Shown: positions 11,183 to 24,440, counted from the first letter of the stretch. The stretch is 44,923 bases of DNA from Chiloscyllium plagiosum (GCF_004010195.1 NW_025214498.1:1-44923), one strand, 5' to 3'. The notes: generated from the sequence alone by a model not told the origin. A program made the numbers and translations.

Positions 11183-13501
11183 CAGTAACCACAATGTATT
11201 GGTTTTCTTTTATGCTGTTTGAGTGCACGGCAGTTTTTGTTGTATTTGAAGTAACCGTTAGAATTCTGAGTCATGCAAGCCAACAAGGTGTGAGGAGAAA
11301 GTGGGGATTACCGATGCTGAAGATCAGAGTCGAAGAATGTGGTGCTGGAAAAGCACAGTGAGGCAGCATACTAAGACCAGATAAATCGATGTTTTGGGCA
11401 TAAACCCTTCATCAGGAATGAAGCTTATGGGCCAAGGGGGCTGAGAGATAAATGAGAAGAGGGTGCGGCAGGGGAGAGGTAGCTGTGACTGTGATAGGTA
11501 GATGAAGGTGGGGTTGAAAGTGATAGGTGATGAAGGGAGACAGAACGCCTCATCTACTGCATCCATTAAACCCAATGTGGTCTTCTCTACATTGGCGAGG
11601 CAGGGGGTCAACTTGTAGATCATTTCAGGGAACATCTCTGGGACAGCCACCTTGAACTACAACATCGCCTAGTGGGTGAGCACTTTAACTGCCCTTCCCA
11701 CTCTGCCAAGGACATGGGCCTCCTCCATCGCCGAACCCGAGCCACCAGAAGCCTGGAGGAAGAAAGCGTTCTCTTCTGCCTTGGGACCCTCCAACCACAG
11801 GGGATCATAGTTGATTTCCCCATTTCCCCATTTCCCCTAATTCCACCTGATCCCACTCCAACCTTCCAAATCAGCACCGCCCTTTTGAACGTACCTGTGT
11901 GTCCACCTTCCTTCCTATCAATCTAGTCCACCCTCCTCTCCGAATATCACATTCAACCCCACCTTCATCTACCAATTAGATGAAAGGAGGCAGCTGAGAA
12001 AAATGTCAAGTGGTGCAGTGAACCAATGGATTCAGAGAAATGTAGGACCCAGCAAAGGATGGCCAAGAAACTGAGAAGAAAATCAAAAAGAGAAAAAGCG
12101 TACAAACGAAAGAAAAACATAAAGACTGCTAAAAATCGTTTGTCAATGTATGAAAAAAATAAAAACAAGGTCAAATGTGGAACAGTTGGGTGTGCGTTCA
12201 GGATAATTTATTAGAGAGAACAGAGAAATCGCAGGGAAAAGAAACAGTTTATTTGCCTCTATTTTCATGGAAGAATGTCCAGAAATTCTTCCAGAAATAC
12301 CAAGTGACCCTGGGACTTGTGTAAGTAAAATCTAAGATCATTCTTATCAGTGTTGGGGTCATCTTTGAAAAAAAAGCTGGATTGAGTATTTATAAATCTG
12401 ACAGACTAGATGCACAGCATACACGAATTTCAGAGGAAGCAGCAATAGACATGTTGATTGCATCACGGATTTTCACTTTATTTTTCGACACATTCCAGCA
12501 AGGCATTTAGCCAATCTGGGTAAGGCAAAGGTTATAAATATTACCCAACAGTTTAAGAAAGGATGAATTTGGAGAGTGGTGAACTACAGACCAGTAATCT
12601 TGTCATCCACAGTCAGGTATCTGTTGGATTCGATTACAAAGAACATGCTACTAGATATTTAGAAGGTAAAAACATAACTGGGGAGTGTGGTAATTTACCG
12701 ATGAAAGGAAAACCAGAAGTGGCAAACATTGTCTGGAATGGTTTGACGATGATTCTTGTGGACACAGGCAATGAAGAACTAATGGATAACGTATAGTTGG
12801 ATATTCATGAGCTTTTTTTAAAGAACTCACACAGTAAGCTCATAAAAAAAAGTTAAAGCGAGAGGTATTGAGAAGAACATATGCAAATGGGAAAATAAAA
12901 ATTAGGTTTACATTCATGCGAATGTAATTGGAAGATAGAGGACGCCGTGCACCAGTTGCATCGAGTGTTGGTAAGATTAAACTTAGAGTATTGTGTATCG
13001 TTCGGAATCCCAATCTAAGAAAGAATATACTGACTACAGAAGAACTGCAAAAGGTATTCTACAAATTAATCCCTAACTTGGCAAGCTTGTCTGACGGGGA
13101 AACTCAGCCTGTAACCTCGAGTTTCAAAACATGAGAGGTGATTGTAGTGAATCTGAGAAACATTGAAAGGACTGAATAACAGGGAAATGAAGAATTACAA
13201 GTAGGCGAGATTTGGGAGTATCCCACGATATCCTACACGGAGAAGTCGAACAGAATAATCAGCAAACAGTTAGTGTCCATTAGAAACCAAAGGGGAAATC
13301 TGTGTGTCAAGCTGGAGAACATTGATGGATTGTTACATGAGGCCTTCACATCTATTTTACTTGGGAGAAGGAGGAGGCAGGTACAGAATTCAAAAAGATG
13401 GGCTGGAAAACTCTTGAACAGATTGATGTAAAATACGGCAGAGATCTGAGGCTTTGTTCTGTATAAATTTAAACCAATCTCCATGCCTGAATGAGTTGTA
13501 T
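11183..13501 (+). repeat. ~2.3-kb direct duplication, copy 2 (PLE fragment 11313-11975 and CR1 remnant)
   Basis: Collinear with 7691-10008. Confidence 0.95.
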
Positions 13502-14355
13502 CACAGGCGGCTGTTGGGGTCAAGGGAGGAAAGACCCTGACTGAATATTTTAATTAGAATCTGACCATAGGGGAGGTGCCAGAGAACTGGAGAACTGCTA
13601 ATACGATTCCACTTCAAGGTAAGGGTGGGACAGATATACCAGGTTACTATAGACGAGCGAGTATTAGATCACTGTTAAGGAAACTACTGGAGAAAATAGG
13701 GAAGGAGAACATTGAACTCCAATCAGAGTCGCAAGGTTTAATCAGGGATAATCATCATGGCTTTATCAGGAGGAAGTCACATCCAATGGATTTGATTGAA
13801 TTAGTTTGAGGAGGTCTATTGTTTAGTTTTGTAGGAAGGCATTTTGCAAATTTCCAGCTGGGAACTGAAAAATAATGTAAAATCTCACAATATAAAGGAT
13901 AACTTGAAAAGTTACAAGGAAAATTGTCTTAGTGGCAGGAGGCAGAGGGTGGTGGGAGAAGGTTGTTTGAGCAACTGGAGACCAGTGTCCCCTGGTGTAC
14001 CACAGGGATCAGTGCTGTGTCCCTTATTGTTTGTGTTATTCATAAAAAAAAATAGATGTGAATGTGGAGGGGGCTCCGTGGAGAGTGGGGAAGGTGTAAT
14101 AAGTAAGTGTACATTTGACATAAAGATTGACCGGTTGGTTCGCAGTGAGAAGGAAGGTCTTAAGTTCCAGGAAGGTGCAGATGAAATGGTCAGATGGTCA
14201 GATCAATGGCAGATGGAATGTAAACCTGATAAATATGAGGTGATGCACTTTGGGAGATGGAACCAGGCAGGGGAGGACTCAATGAATGGCAGCACACTGG
14301 GAAGTTCAGATTGTGCTTCTCCACACATCCCTGAATGTGACTGGACAGGTTAATG

Positions 14356-14554
14356 CTTAAAAATGTGTTGCTGGAAAAGCGCAGCAGGTCAGGCAGCATC
14401 AAAGGAGCAGGAGAATCGACGTTTCGGGCAGTTTCCTGAAGAAGGGCTGATGCCCAAAACGTCGATTCTCCTGCTCCTTTGATGCTGCCTGACCTGCTGC
14501 GCTTTTCTAGCAACACATTTTTTAAGCTCTGATCTCCAGCATCTGCACTTTCTG
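14356..14554 (+). mobile_element. Fold-back Penelope pLTR mini-insertion with 15-bp TSD
   Basis: Inverted arms ~14355-14430 and ~14451-14527; flanked by ctggacaggttaatg (14341-14355) and ctggacagggtaatg (14555-14569). Confidence 0.85.
14436..14463 (+). ncRNA. Minimal hammerhead ribozyme motif, G12A-mutated
   Basis: CTGAAGA-A-GGGC-TGAT-GCCC-AAAA-CGTC (GAAA changed to AAAA). Confidence 0.55.
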
Positions 14555-15149
14555 CTGGACAGGGTAATGGACTAGTTAAGAATTGGATCTTGGGTGTAGC
14601 GTTTCCTAATCAGGGCATAGATTATAAGAGCAATACAGGGCTTTGGTTCGGCCAAAATGGAATACTGTATGTTGCTCTGGGAGCCACATTCCAGGAAGGA
14701 TGTGATTGTACTGGAGAGGGTGCAGAGGTGATTCACCAGGATGTTCCCTGGAATGGAGCATATCAGCTATGGAGAGAGGCTGGATAAGAGAAGCAGAGAA
14801 GGCTGAGGGATCCGTGATTTAGAAGGATAAGATTATAAGCGACACGGACAGGGTGGATAGCCAGCAGCTGTTCCTTTTAGTGAGAGGGTCAAGAACAAAG
14901 GAGCACACTTTTAAAGTGAAGAGTTTGAGGTTCGGAGATGATTTAAACATTTTTTCACCTCGAGATGTGGTGTTCTGGAATTACTTCATGAGAGGGGAAT
15001 TATCACGAGTAACCTCACAATCGTTAAAAAGTACTTGGACGAGAACTTGGAAGTGTCATAACATTCCAGGCTATGGGCCTGGTGAAGGAATGTGGACGAG
15101 TATAGATCGTGCTGCATTTCTGTTGGCAGAGTCTATGCTCCTGTGAGTG

Positions 15150-15750
15150 TATAGTGTGGAAGGTCAATTATTGAGCAATTTAAGACAGGAAGTGATGGGT
15201 TTCTGAAAAGTGATATTCATAAGGGTTACAAGAGTGAACTGTATTAGCTTGATAAATTATGTCAATGTGAGAAATATGAGAAAACAAGTGCAGTTTCTTT
15301 ACAGTTTGAAACCAGAAAATGGAGAATGGGGAACAGGGAAATGGCAGAACTATGAAACCATACTTCAGTTCTGTCTTCACAAAACGTTCTAACAATATAA
15401 GGAAAACCAAGTCTGATGTGGAAAAATGATAGAGTACATGGAACATAGAACATAGTAAGTAAATGGTTTCGCAGAAATTATTGTGGCTGAAAGTAATGGT
15501 CATAGGCAACACTAACATAGATTTATGAAATGGGAATTATGTTTGAGAAACAGCCTGGCAGGCAAATGAAAGAGAAGCAATGGATGTAAAACATGTTGAT
15601 TTTTAGAAAAATGTTGGTAAAGCTCCAAGCCCAATTTGCAAAATCAAATCTGAGTTGATTGGGGCTAATATATGGCCATGTTTCCAGAATGGGACAGCTG
15701 GCAGGAAACAGTGAATAGAAATAAACAGACTCGTCAAGCAACAGTCTGAC
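15150..15750 (+). mobile_element. Old CR1 fragment, 5' part of an element resumed at ~18470
   Basis: Decayed YFSSVFT and GRKQ.IEIN motifs; ends just before the expected GVPQGSVL. Confidence 0.6.
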
Positions 15751-15779
15751 ATTGCATATAAGGTATGATTCTGTGAGTA

Positions 15780-18457
15780 TGACTATGTTCCAGACTCCCC
15801 ATTACCATTCCCGGATATCTCCTGTCTCATTAGCAGGACGGACACAGCAGAAGTGGCGGCACGTTGGGAGACAGTTGGAAGGGAATTGCTCTTGGAGTCC
15901 CCAACAGTGACTCCGTATCCCATGAAGTCTCATGGCATTAGTTTGCACATGGGAAAGGAAACCTCCTGCTGATTACCATGTACCAGCCTCTCTCAACTGA
16001 TGAATCAGTACTCCTCCATGCTGACCAACACTTGTCGGAAGCACTGAGGGTAGCATGTACGCAAGATGTACTCTGGGTGGTGGATTTCAATGTTCACCAC
16101 AAATAGTATCTCAGCTACAGCATTACTGACCGAGCTGGCCGGGTCCTAAAGGATATAACTGCTAGAGTGGATTCTGCGGCAGGTGGTGAAGGAACCAACA
16201 AGAGGAAAATATATACTTGACCACAGCCTTACTAATCTGCCAGTTGCAGAAGTATCTGTCCATGACAGTGTCGGTAAGAATGACCACCGCATAATCATTG
16301 TGGAGGCAAAATCACACCTTCACATTGAGAATAACCTCCACCATTTTGGGTGGTCCTATCACGGTGCTAAATAGGACAGACTTCGAACAGATCTAGCAGC
16401 TCAAATCTGGATGTCATTAAGGTGTTGTGCGTCATCAATAGCAGCGGAATTGTACTCCTCCATAACCTCTTGGCCTGGCATATCCCCCTCGCAATAATTG
16501 CCATCAATCCAGAGGATCAACATTGGTTCAATGGAGTGTGCAGGATGGCAGGAGCAGCACCAGGCAAGCCTGACAATGAGGTGTCAGCCTGGTGAAGCCA
16601 CCAAAAAGGACTGCGTGATAGACAGAGTGATAGACAGAGCTAAGTGATCCCACAAGCAAAGGATCAGATCTAAGCTCTGCATCCTTCCACATCTAGTCGA
16701 GAAACGTTGGGGACAATTAAACAATTCACTGGAGGAAGAGATTCCACAAATAACCCCTTCCTCCATGATGGAAGATCCCAGCACTTCAGTGTATAAGATA
16801 AGGCTGATGCGTTCGCAACAATCTTCAATCAGAAGTGTTGAGTGGATGATCCATTTCAACCTCCTCCAGTGGTCCTCAGCAATTCAGTTACCAGTCATCA
16901 ACCAATTCGATTCAGTCCACGCGATATCCAGAAACGGTTGGAGATACTGGATACTCCATAGGGTCCATAATCTGACAACATTCTGGCAATAGTACTGAAA
17001 ACGTGTGCTCCAGAACTTGCCACTCCCAGAGCCAAACTGTTTCAATACAGTTACAACAATGGCTTTTCCTCATTATGTGAAAAATTACCCCAAGTATCTC
17101 CTGTATATAAAAAGCAGAACAAATCCAATCCGGCCAAATGCCACTTCATCAGTCAACTCTCGATCATCAGTAAAGTGGTGGAAGATCTCAGTGCTTTTAA
17201 GCAGCAACCTGCTCAGCAATACGCTGGTCAATGACGCCCAGTTTGGGCTCCACCAGGGCCACTCAGCTCCTGACTTCATTACCGTGATTCAAACATGGAC
17301 AAAAGAGCTTAATTCCAGAGGTGGGGTGAGAGTGACAGCCCTTTAAATCAAGGCTGCATTCGACCCTGTGTGGTATCAGGGGCCTTAGCAACACTGGAAT
17401 CAATGGGTATCAGAGGGAAAATCCCTGCTGGTTAGAATCATACCTGACACGTAGGAAAGTGGTCATGGTTCAAGAAGGTCAGTCAACTCAGCTCCAAATC
17501 TGTAGGAGTCCCTCGAGCAGTGACCGAAAACTTCTTCAGGGCTGCTTCATCAATGACCTTTCTTCCATTTTTAGGTCAGAAGTGGGGATGTTCGCCAATG
17601 ATTGTACAATGTTCTGCAACATTTGTGGTTCCTCAGATACTGAAGCAGTCCATGTTCAAATGCGACAAGATCTGGAGAGTATCCAGGCTGACAAGTGGCA
17701 AGTAATATTCAGGCCACACGAATACAGACCATGACCATCACCAATAAAATACAATCTAACCTGTCCCTTGGCATTCAATGGTGTTACTATCACTGATTCC
17801 CCAAATATCAGATTCCTGGTGGGTAATCATTGCTCAGAAACTCACTGGTCTCGCCACATGAACACAGTAAGTATAAGAGTAGGTTCGAAGCTAGGAATAC
17901 TGCGGCGAGTAATTCACATCCTGACTTCCAAAGGTCTGTCCATCGTCTACAATGCATAATTCAGAAGTGTAATAGGAGACTCCCAATTTGCCTGGATGAG
18001 TGCAGCCCCAACAACAGTCAATAAGCCTTATACCATCCAGGACAAAGCAGCCAGTTTGACTGTCTCATCATCCAATGCTCCACCATCAACGCGCAGCAGC
18101 AGCAGCAGTGTGTTACTATCTACATGCTGCAATGAAATGATTCACCAAAGATCCTAAGAGACCACCTTTCCAACTCACGACCATGTCTATCTAGAAGGAC
18201 AATGGCTACAGATGTATGGGAATTCTATCATTTTCAGGTTCCCTCCAAGCCATTCACCATCCTGACTTGGAAATTTATCACCGCTCCTTCACAGTCACTG
18301 GGTCAGAATCCTGGGATTCCCTTCCTAATGGCATTGGAGGTCAATCACAGCAGGTGGACTGCAGTGTTCAACAAGGCAGCTTCTCAAGGGCAACTAGGGA
18401 CAGGCAATAAATGCTGGCCCAGCTGTGACAACGAGGTTCACGAAATAAATAAATATA
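15780..18457 (+). mobile_element. Jockey-group (CR1/L2-related) LINE, near-complete decayed ORF2 (APE + RT) with 3' tail
   Basis: APE motifs VDFNVHH, QVVKEPTRGKYILD, VGKNDH; RT motifs QFGLHQGHSAPD, IKAAFDPVW, FINDL..GMFANDCT; 3' end gggcaactagggacaggcaataaatgctggcc..aaataaataaata. Confidence 0.85.
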
Positions 18458-18469
18458 AATTAACAAAGG

Positions 18470-19590
18470 ACGGTTGCTGAGGTGTCGCAGGGATCGGTGC
18501 TTCGGGCCCAGCTGTTCACAATGCCCTTTAAACATTTGGTTGCTAGAATCAGATACAATATATCCCAGCCTGCTGACAGCACTAACGGATGTGGGATTGT
18601 GAGTGGGTGAGGAGGATGTAAAAAAGCACCGAGAAGACTAAGTCAAGTGGAGTGAATGGGTAAATACTTGACAGATGGAGAACAATGTGGATAGAGTTGA
18701 CGACGTGCTCTCTGATGGAAATGATAAATTGGCAGCCTACCATTTGAAAGGGATTGGTTGAAACATATTGATCTACAAAGGGACGTATGTTCCTTTTTGT
18801 TGTTTCCTTCTGCATAAACCTCTGAGGCCCATGCAGCGCAGTGAGTTCTACAACCAGAAGTCAATACTGGGCATGGCATTGGCACGCTGCCCAGTGTACA
18901 CAGACCCACCAAATGGGGAGCTGCAACACTGAAAATGATCTGCATCTCCTTTTCTGCATCTGCAGTGAGGAAGATAAATGGTGTGTTGACCTTCATTTCA
19001 GGGGGATGTGAGTCCAGGAGAAAAGGTGTCTTACTGCAGCTGTACAGGGCCTTGGTGAGATATCATCTCAAACATTGTGCAGTATTGTGTGCAGCTTTGG
19101 TCTCCTTACCTAATAAAGGACAAACCTGACATTGATGGAGAGCAGTGAAGGATGACCCGACAGATCTCTGGGATGACGGGCTTGTTGTGGGAGCAGAGTT
19201 TGGGGTGACTGGGCCAGTATTCCATGGGCTTTAGGAAAATGAGTGGAGATCTCAGTGAAATATACAAAACTCTGACAGGGTGAGAGAGATTGGAAGCAGG
19301 GATGATAATTCCCCTGGCTGGGACTTCTAAAACAAGGGGTCACAGTATTAGGTACAGGCAGTCACTCTGCATTGAGATGATAATAAATGCTCTCACTGAC
19401 TAGGGAACCTGGGGAATTCGCTCGCACCTGAAAACCGAGACACTGATTATAAATAAGGATTTAGAGACAGTAAAGGGATGGTGGGAGAGCAGGGGTACGG
19501 AGTGGAAATGAAGGGCCAACCATCATAATATTGAATTGGTTAGCAAACTCGATGGACCAAACGTACTACTGCTCTTCCTAATTTATAGCT
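18470..19590 (+). mobile_element. Old CR1 RT 3' part and tail
   Basis: gtgtcgcagggatcggtgct (GV.QGSVL), VLLQLYRALVRYHLKHC, and a CR1-like 3' end. Confidence 0.75.
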
Positions 19591-19869
19591 TCCCAAGGTT
19601 ACTCACATTAACGGATATGGATATCGTGTGGGGTAAGTACATTGAGGAGATTTTTTCCATGAACTAGAATGTGGAGGCCCAATGTATTTTCCATTCCCGA
19701 TGTTCCTGTGCAGTCTGTGGGAATGCTCTGTACATGCTGTCACAAGCTCTCAGATGTTAGGAAGGAGGTTTCTGCAGGGTCGACAGGACTGTGTTCCCAT
19801 TCCCTTTTCCGACATTGATGCTGAGGCCGGGTGTTCTGCCCGGTTTCATCCTTTCAGACCTCGGAGACG

Positions 19870-20171
19870 TTTGATACAAATGAGTACCCTTGCTTGGCAA
19901 TTTCAGAGACCATTGAAATGTTTATCACATGTCAGCGTCTTTAGAGTCAGTTTTAGGTCAGCCCAGGAAATCATGGGAGATTCACTTCCTAAAAGTACAT
20001 TGGAGAAGGAAATTCTGTTTACAATCTATGTTGGGTTCAAGGTCACTATTACTGACCCCAGATTTTAGATCTCGATATTTTATTAATTGTCTTTAACTTC
20101 CACCCGCTGCCAGAGCATTAGCCTGGTCTGGATTAGTAATCCAGTAACAGTTCCACAACAGCACCATCTCC
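19870..20171 (-). mobile_element. tRNA-derived SINE (SacSINE1/Deu-SINE-like), degenerate
   Basis: Minus strand starts ggagatggtgctgttgtggaactgttactggattactaatccagaccaggctaatgctctgg (tRNA-like head), followed by cagtaatagtgacc; recognised from memory of the family. Confidence 0.6.
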
Positions 20172-20179
20172 ACATGGGG

Positions 20180-21000
20180 ACCTGTCAAAAAACACACTGA
20201 GCAGGTATTACTGTGCTGCTTGAAAGCTCTGTCAAAATGCACTCCCACCAATTTGACTGTCATGATGGGACTGAGGAGGTGGTAATTGGTCAGATTGCAA
20301 TTATTCCCGTTTTAGGGGACGGTATTTAGCTGAGTAATTTTCCACATTGCCAGGGAGATGTCAGAGTTGGAGTTGGAATGAAACAGCTTCCCCAGGTACA
20401 CGGCTTGCTGTGCAGCACAAGTCTTCAGTTCTATTGCAGGAATGGAGTCAGGACTCATTTTCTGTGTCATATCTACTATGTTTACCTGTTTCTTCATGTT
20501 ACGTGGAGCGAATCGAAATGGTTGAAGACTGGCATCTGTGATTTTGTGGGCATCATGATGAGGGTGATGTGTATCATCGACTCAACACTTCTTGCAGAAG
20601 ATGGTGCAGATGAAAAATCCTTCTCTTTTACACTGATGTGCAGGTCTGTTGCATTATTTAGGATAGGAATATTTGTGGAGCACTCTCCTCCAGTCATTTG
20701 TTTAATCGTCCATCATCATTTATGACTGAATGTGACAGGACTGCAGTGCTTCGATCACATCTGTTGGTCAAGTCTTGTCGATTTAATGAGTTAGCATCAG
20801 GTTAACGTTCATGTGATTCTGACTCTGACATGTTCACCCACACTCTCACTGAGCCATAGATGGTGTTGATGGTAATGACAGACTGAGGTGTCATCCTGGC
20901 AAAAAGTTACAGGTTGTGGTTGAATGCAGGTCTGCTTCTCTTGCTGCTGTGGTTTACAGCACTACATGATTACGCAGTTTCGAGCTGCAATATCTAAAAT
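20180..21000 (-). mobile_element. Degenerate fragment of the same LINE family as 15780-18457
   Basis: TGGECSTNIPILN..ISVKEK..PDSIPAIELKTCA parallels 16730-17030. Confidence 0.7.
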
Positions 21001-22227
21001 GCAATTCTGCTGTCTGTTCCCCAATTCTCACTGAGACCTACTCACCCATCAGCCCTGCATTCAGTGACCTAACCTGGTTTCTGATGTGGAAATACTTCCA
21101 TTTTGATACTCTGATACTGCTGAGGGTCTGTCTCCCCGGGTCATGCTTCCAATCTGACACATTCCGCAAAAGCATTTAACTGATCTTAATGCAAATCCTT
21201 TTCCTTGACAAATACCATCTTCTGTGTGGAAAGTGAATGTATTTCCTCTGTTTCTTTCCCTGACCATGATTAAGAGCTCTGTAGTGTCAGTGAATCCATC
21301 GTTATGTAGTTTCAGAGCCAATGAATTCTCAGGATTCCCAATTATCTTCACCACATTGTATATTTTATCTTTTGGTTTGATGCCTCATCATTCATGGCTG
21401 CCTTGTCCTCCCATGAGTATGTTTCATCTTCTTGGGGTTGCATTTCTGGTATTATCTTCTGAATTATCCCGAGAACCTCCTCCCATTCCTGCTCCATGGT
21501 CTTTCCTGCTCAGCTCCCCTTCCAATTAACTCTGGCCAGCGACGCCTTTGTAGTTAGATTGCTTAATTATAACCACATTACATCTTGAAGAGAGCGTTAG
21601 ATATAAACTGAAAGAAGTAGTTATGGGAGATGGGACACGAAGAATAATTGGTGGATTTCTTAACTAGATACAAAGGGAGAACGAGAGAGAGGATATAGAT
21701 ATGGAGATGTGGAAAATGAGAAAACGACATTATCGAAATAAGTAGATGAACATCCCCCAATGTTTTGGCAATGCCTGTGTGCTGTGGTCCTTTGTACAAT
21801 GCATGTACAACAGAGTAATATGTTCAAATGCTGAGTCTGATGCCAGAATATTTATCTCCAATAATATGACAGACACTAGCTTTGGAAAGAACCCAGCAGA
21901 CCAACATATTGAAGTCCCGGTAGAAAGGGGATTAACTGAAATAAGTTGGGACACCAGAATCAAGAATTTGGAGCACATATCCTGGTAAGAATGAGAGATT
22001 AGAGTTGGGAATCCCAGAAAAGGAGGGAGGGAACGTTGAGAGGATCAAATCATGTTTTAATGTTTTATCAATTTTATACATCATATGCATCATTTTTCGT
22101 TAACTGTGTCTCTGTTTACAATGTGTTGTGCACATATGAAAATTGCGACTTATCTGCACATACACATTGATTAAACAGTGTATATAAAATAATTTTTCCA
22201 CCATTGAAACAGTCCTGTTGTCGTGTT

Positions 22228-22590
22228 ACGAGGATACATGAACACCAACTAGCCACCAAAAGACATGACGCACTATCACTATGTTCCATACATACAGACA
22301 AAGAAGGGCACCACTTTGACTGGGATAAAGCACACACACATATTAAGACACGCAAGGACCTTCTTAGAGGAATGGTATTCTAACCAGAAGTCCATCAATA
22401 AACGCATCAATTTAGATCCTGTCTACATTCTCTTGTTAAAATAACCGTAAATGACCTCACCACTTTAAGAAATCAAGACCTATAAATAGAGAGGTGGGAC
22501 ATACCACCAGCACTTCAGCAGATACTCTCCTAGTCATGGTGACGAAACTTCTGAAAACATACCTTCACGCTCAGCGAGCTAACTTGCACA
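22228..22590 (+). mobile_element. PLE GIY-YIG 3' fragment with decayed pLTR
   Basis: RIHEHQLATKRHDALSL..HTDKEGHHFDWD homologous to 38290-38400; atggtgacgaaac at ~22537. Confidence 0.75.
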
Positions 22591-22599
22591 GATATAAAT

Positions 22600-23016
22600 T
22601 GTTATTTTTTGTTTTTTTGTGGAATTTAGGAGTTCTCTGTCGCTCACGTTTTAACAGATTATGTTGTGAGGTGAGCTTTTCAATGTGTGTGGTTTTAATT
22701 AACAGAGAGGTTCTACATTGATGTCATAACAGTTTGGGGCCTTGCCGTGTGGCACTTGGACCGACTTGAACAGATTTGAGATACAAAAGGTCCCAGCAGA
22801 TTCCAACTCATTGCAATTAGTGACTTTGATCTTCAAATAAAACCAGTGGGAAATTTTGTTTAATTTTGTTACTTGTGGTTGGTTAAATGAAAAGTGAGGG
22901 AAATGGCTTTTAACATTACTAAAGAGGTTCCCAAATTTTCCAAGGGAGTTTAAAAAGACAGAAGGAGGGCATTTTTTAGAATTAGCAAATAGGTTGGAAT
23001 TGTGTTTAACCAGGGA
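22600..23016 (+). mobile_element. Possible second Gypsy remnant: LTR end, PBS and gag start, cut by a gap
   Basis: cataaca-gtttggggc resembles the LTR/PBS junction at 1392-1410; LELANRLELCL resembles the gag start at ~1860-1900. Confidence 0.45.
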
Positions 23017-23686
23017 NNNNNNNNNNNNNNNNNNNNNNNNNNNNNNNNNNNNNNNNNNNNNNNNNNNNNNNNNNNNNNNNNNNNNNNNNNNNNNNNNNNN
23101 NNNNNNNNNNNNNNNNNNNNNNNNNNNNNNNNNNNNNNNNNNNNNNNNNNNNNNNNNNNNNNNNNNNNNNNNNNNNNNNNNNNNNNNNNNNNNNNNNNNN
23201 NNNNNNNNNNNNNNNNNNNNNNNNNNNNNNNNNNNNNNNNNNNNNNNNNNNNNNNNNNNNNNNNNNNNNNNNNNNNNNNNNNNNNNNNNNNNNNNNNNNN
23301 NNNNNNNNNNNNNNNNNNNNNNNNNNNNNNNNNNNNNNNNNNNNNNNNNNNNNNNNNNNNNNNNNNNNNNNNNNNNNNNNNNNNNNNNNNNNNNNNNNNN
23401 NNNNNNNNNNNNNNNNNNNNNNNNNNNNNNNNNNNNNNNNNNNNNNNNNNNNNNNNNNNNNNNNNNNNNNNNNNNNNNNNNNNNNNNNNNNNNNNNNNNN
23501 NNNNNNNNNNNNNNNNNNNNNNNNNNNNNNNNNNNNNNNNNNNNNNNNNNNNNNNNNNNNNNNNNNNNNNNNNNNNNNNNNNNNNNNNNNNNNNNNNNNN
23601 NNNNNNNNNNNNNNNNNNNNNNNNNNNNNNNNNNNNNNNNNNNNNNNNNNNNNNNNNNNNNNNNNNNNNNNNNNNNNNNNNNNNNN

Positions 23687-24075
23687 ATCAAACTTGTGTC
23701 CTGAAGTTGATTGAACAATTATGCCAGATGCTCCAAATGTTCCTTACACCTGTGGAAGGAACATCCTGCTCATATCTGGCAGACTGAATATGTTGCCTCA
23801 TTACTATTACAATAACAATATTAGGATCTGCTAACCATGGTGGACACTTACGTTGGGCTAATCCTAGCTTTTCAAACAACCAAAACAAATCAGAGTAACA
23901 CTGTTCAGGGACTAGAACAGTTGATATCCTGCTATGGTGAACCATCAGAAATTAAATTGTACACTGCCTCACACTTTACAGGTCTCAGGTGTAGCAATGG
24001 ACTGCAGGCAGTGAGATCCATTGGATGTTCCACATTCTTTATTACCCTCAAACAACTGGCCTTGTAGAACCATGT
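23687..24075 (+). pseudogene. Retrovirus-like (class III/ERV-L-like) integrase remnant
   Basis: RCSKC (Zn finger)..PAHIWQTEYVASL..LTMVDTYVGLILAF..NTVQGLEQLISCYGEPSEI..ASHFTG, frameshift, QWT..IHWMFHILYYPQTTGLVE. Confidence 0.8.
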
Positions 24076-24339
24076 GCATTTATTATGGATAGAAGCTTCT
24101 GCGAATGATTAATCAGTTGACAGCTGCTGAACCTAATCTCACGAAACAGGCCACTGTAGTCAGTAATATCATTATGCACCGTATTCTAAAATTATTCATC
24201 CTGATGACGGTTATTTTTATTGCAGTTTTTAATTTTCTGGTGTAGGTTACATGCTTTCAGTATACGTTCTCATGCAGCTATCACTGATTTGTGCCTACAT
24301 TTGGAGTTGTAACGTGCACCGTCAAGTATCATCAGCAGT

Positions 24340-24440
24340 GCCATTGCGTTAAGGACTTCGATGGTGTGGAATTTGTGAAATGCATCCAGGAAAGTTTCGT
24401 CAAGCAGTATGTAGAAAGTTCAACTCGGGAAGGAACAAAT
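24340..24440 (+). mobile_element. CR1 endonuclease fragment
   Basis: DGVEFVKCIQESFVKQYVESSTREG. Confidence 0.7.

Larger units (their letters stand above)
13510..15120 (+). mobile_element. CR1 LINE, 5'-truncated RT region, interrupted by a PLE mini-insertion
   Basis: GEVPENWRTANTIPL..GYYRRASI..GRRQRVVGEG..GVPQGSVLCPLLFVLFI..WQMECKPDKYEVMHFGR. Confidence 0.9.

Noticed and set aside
21540..22000. Possible L1/Tx1 endonuclease remnant on the minus strand
   Set aside because: Only vague similarity (ITLLYMH); catalytic motifs not readable
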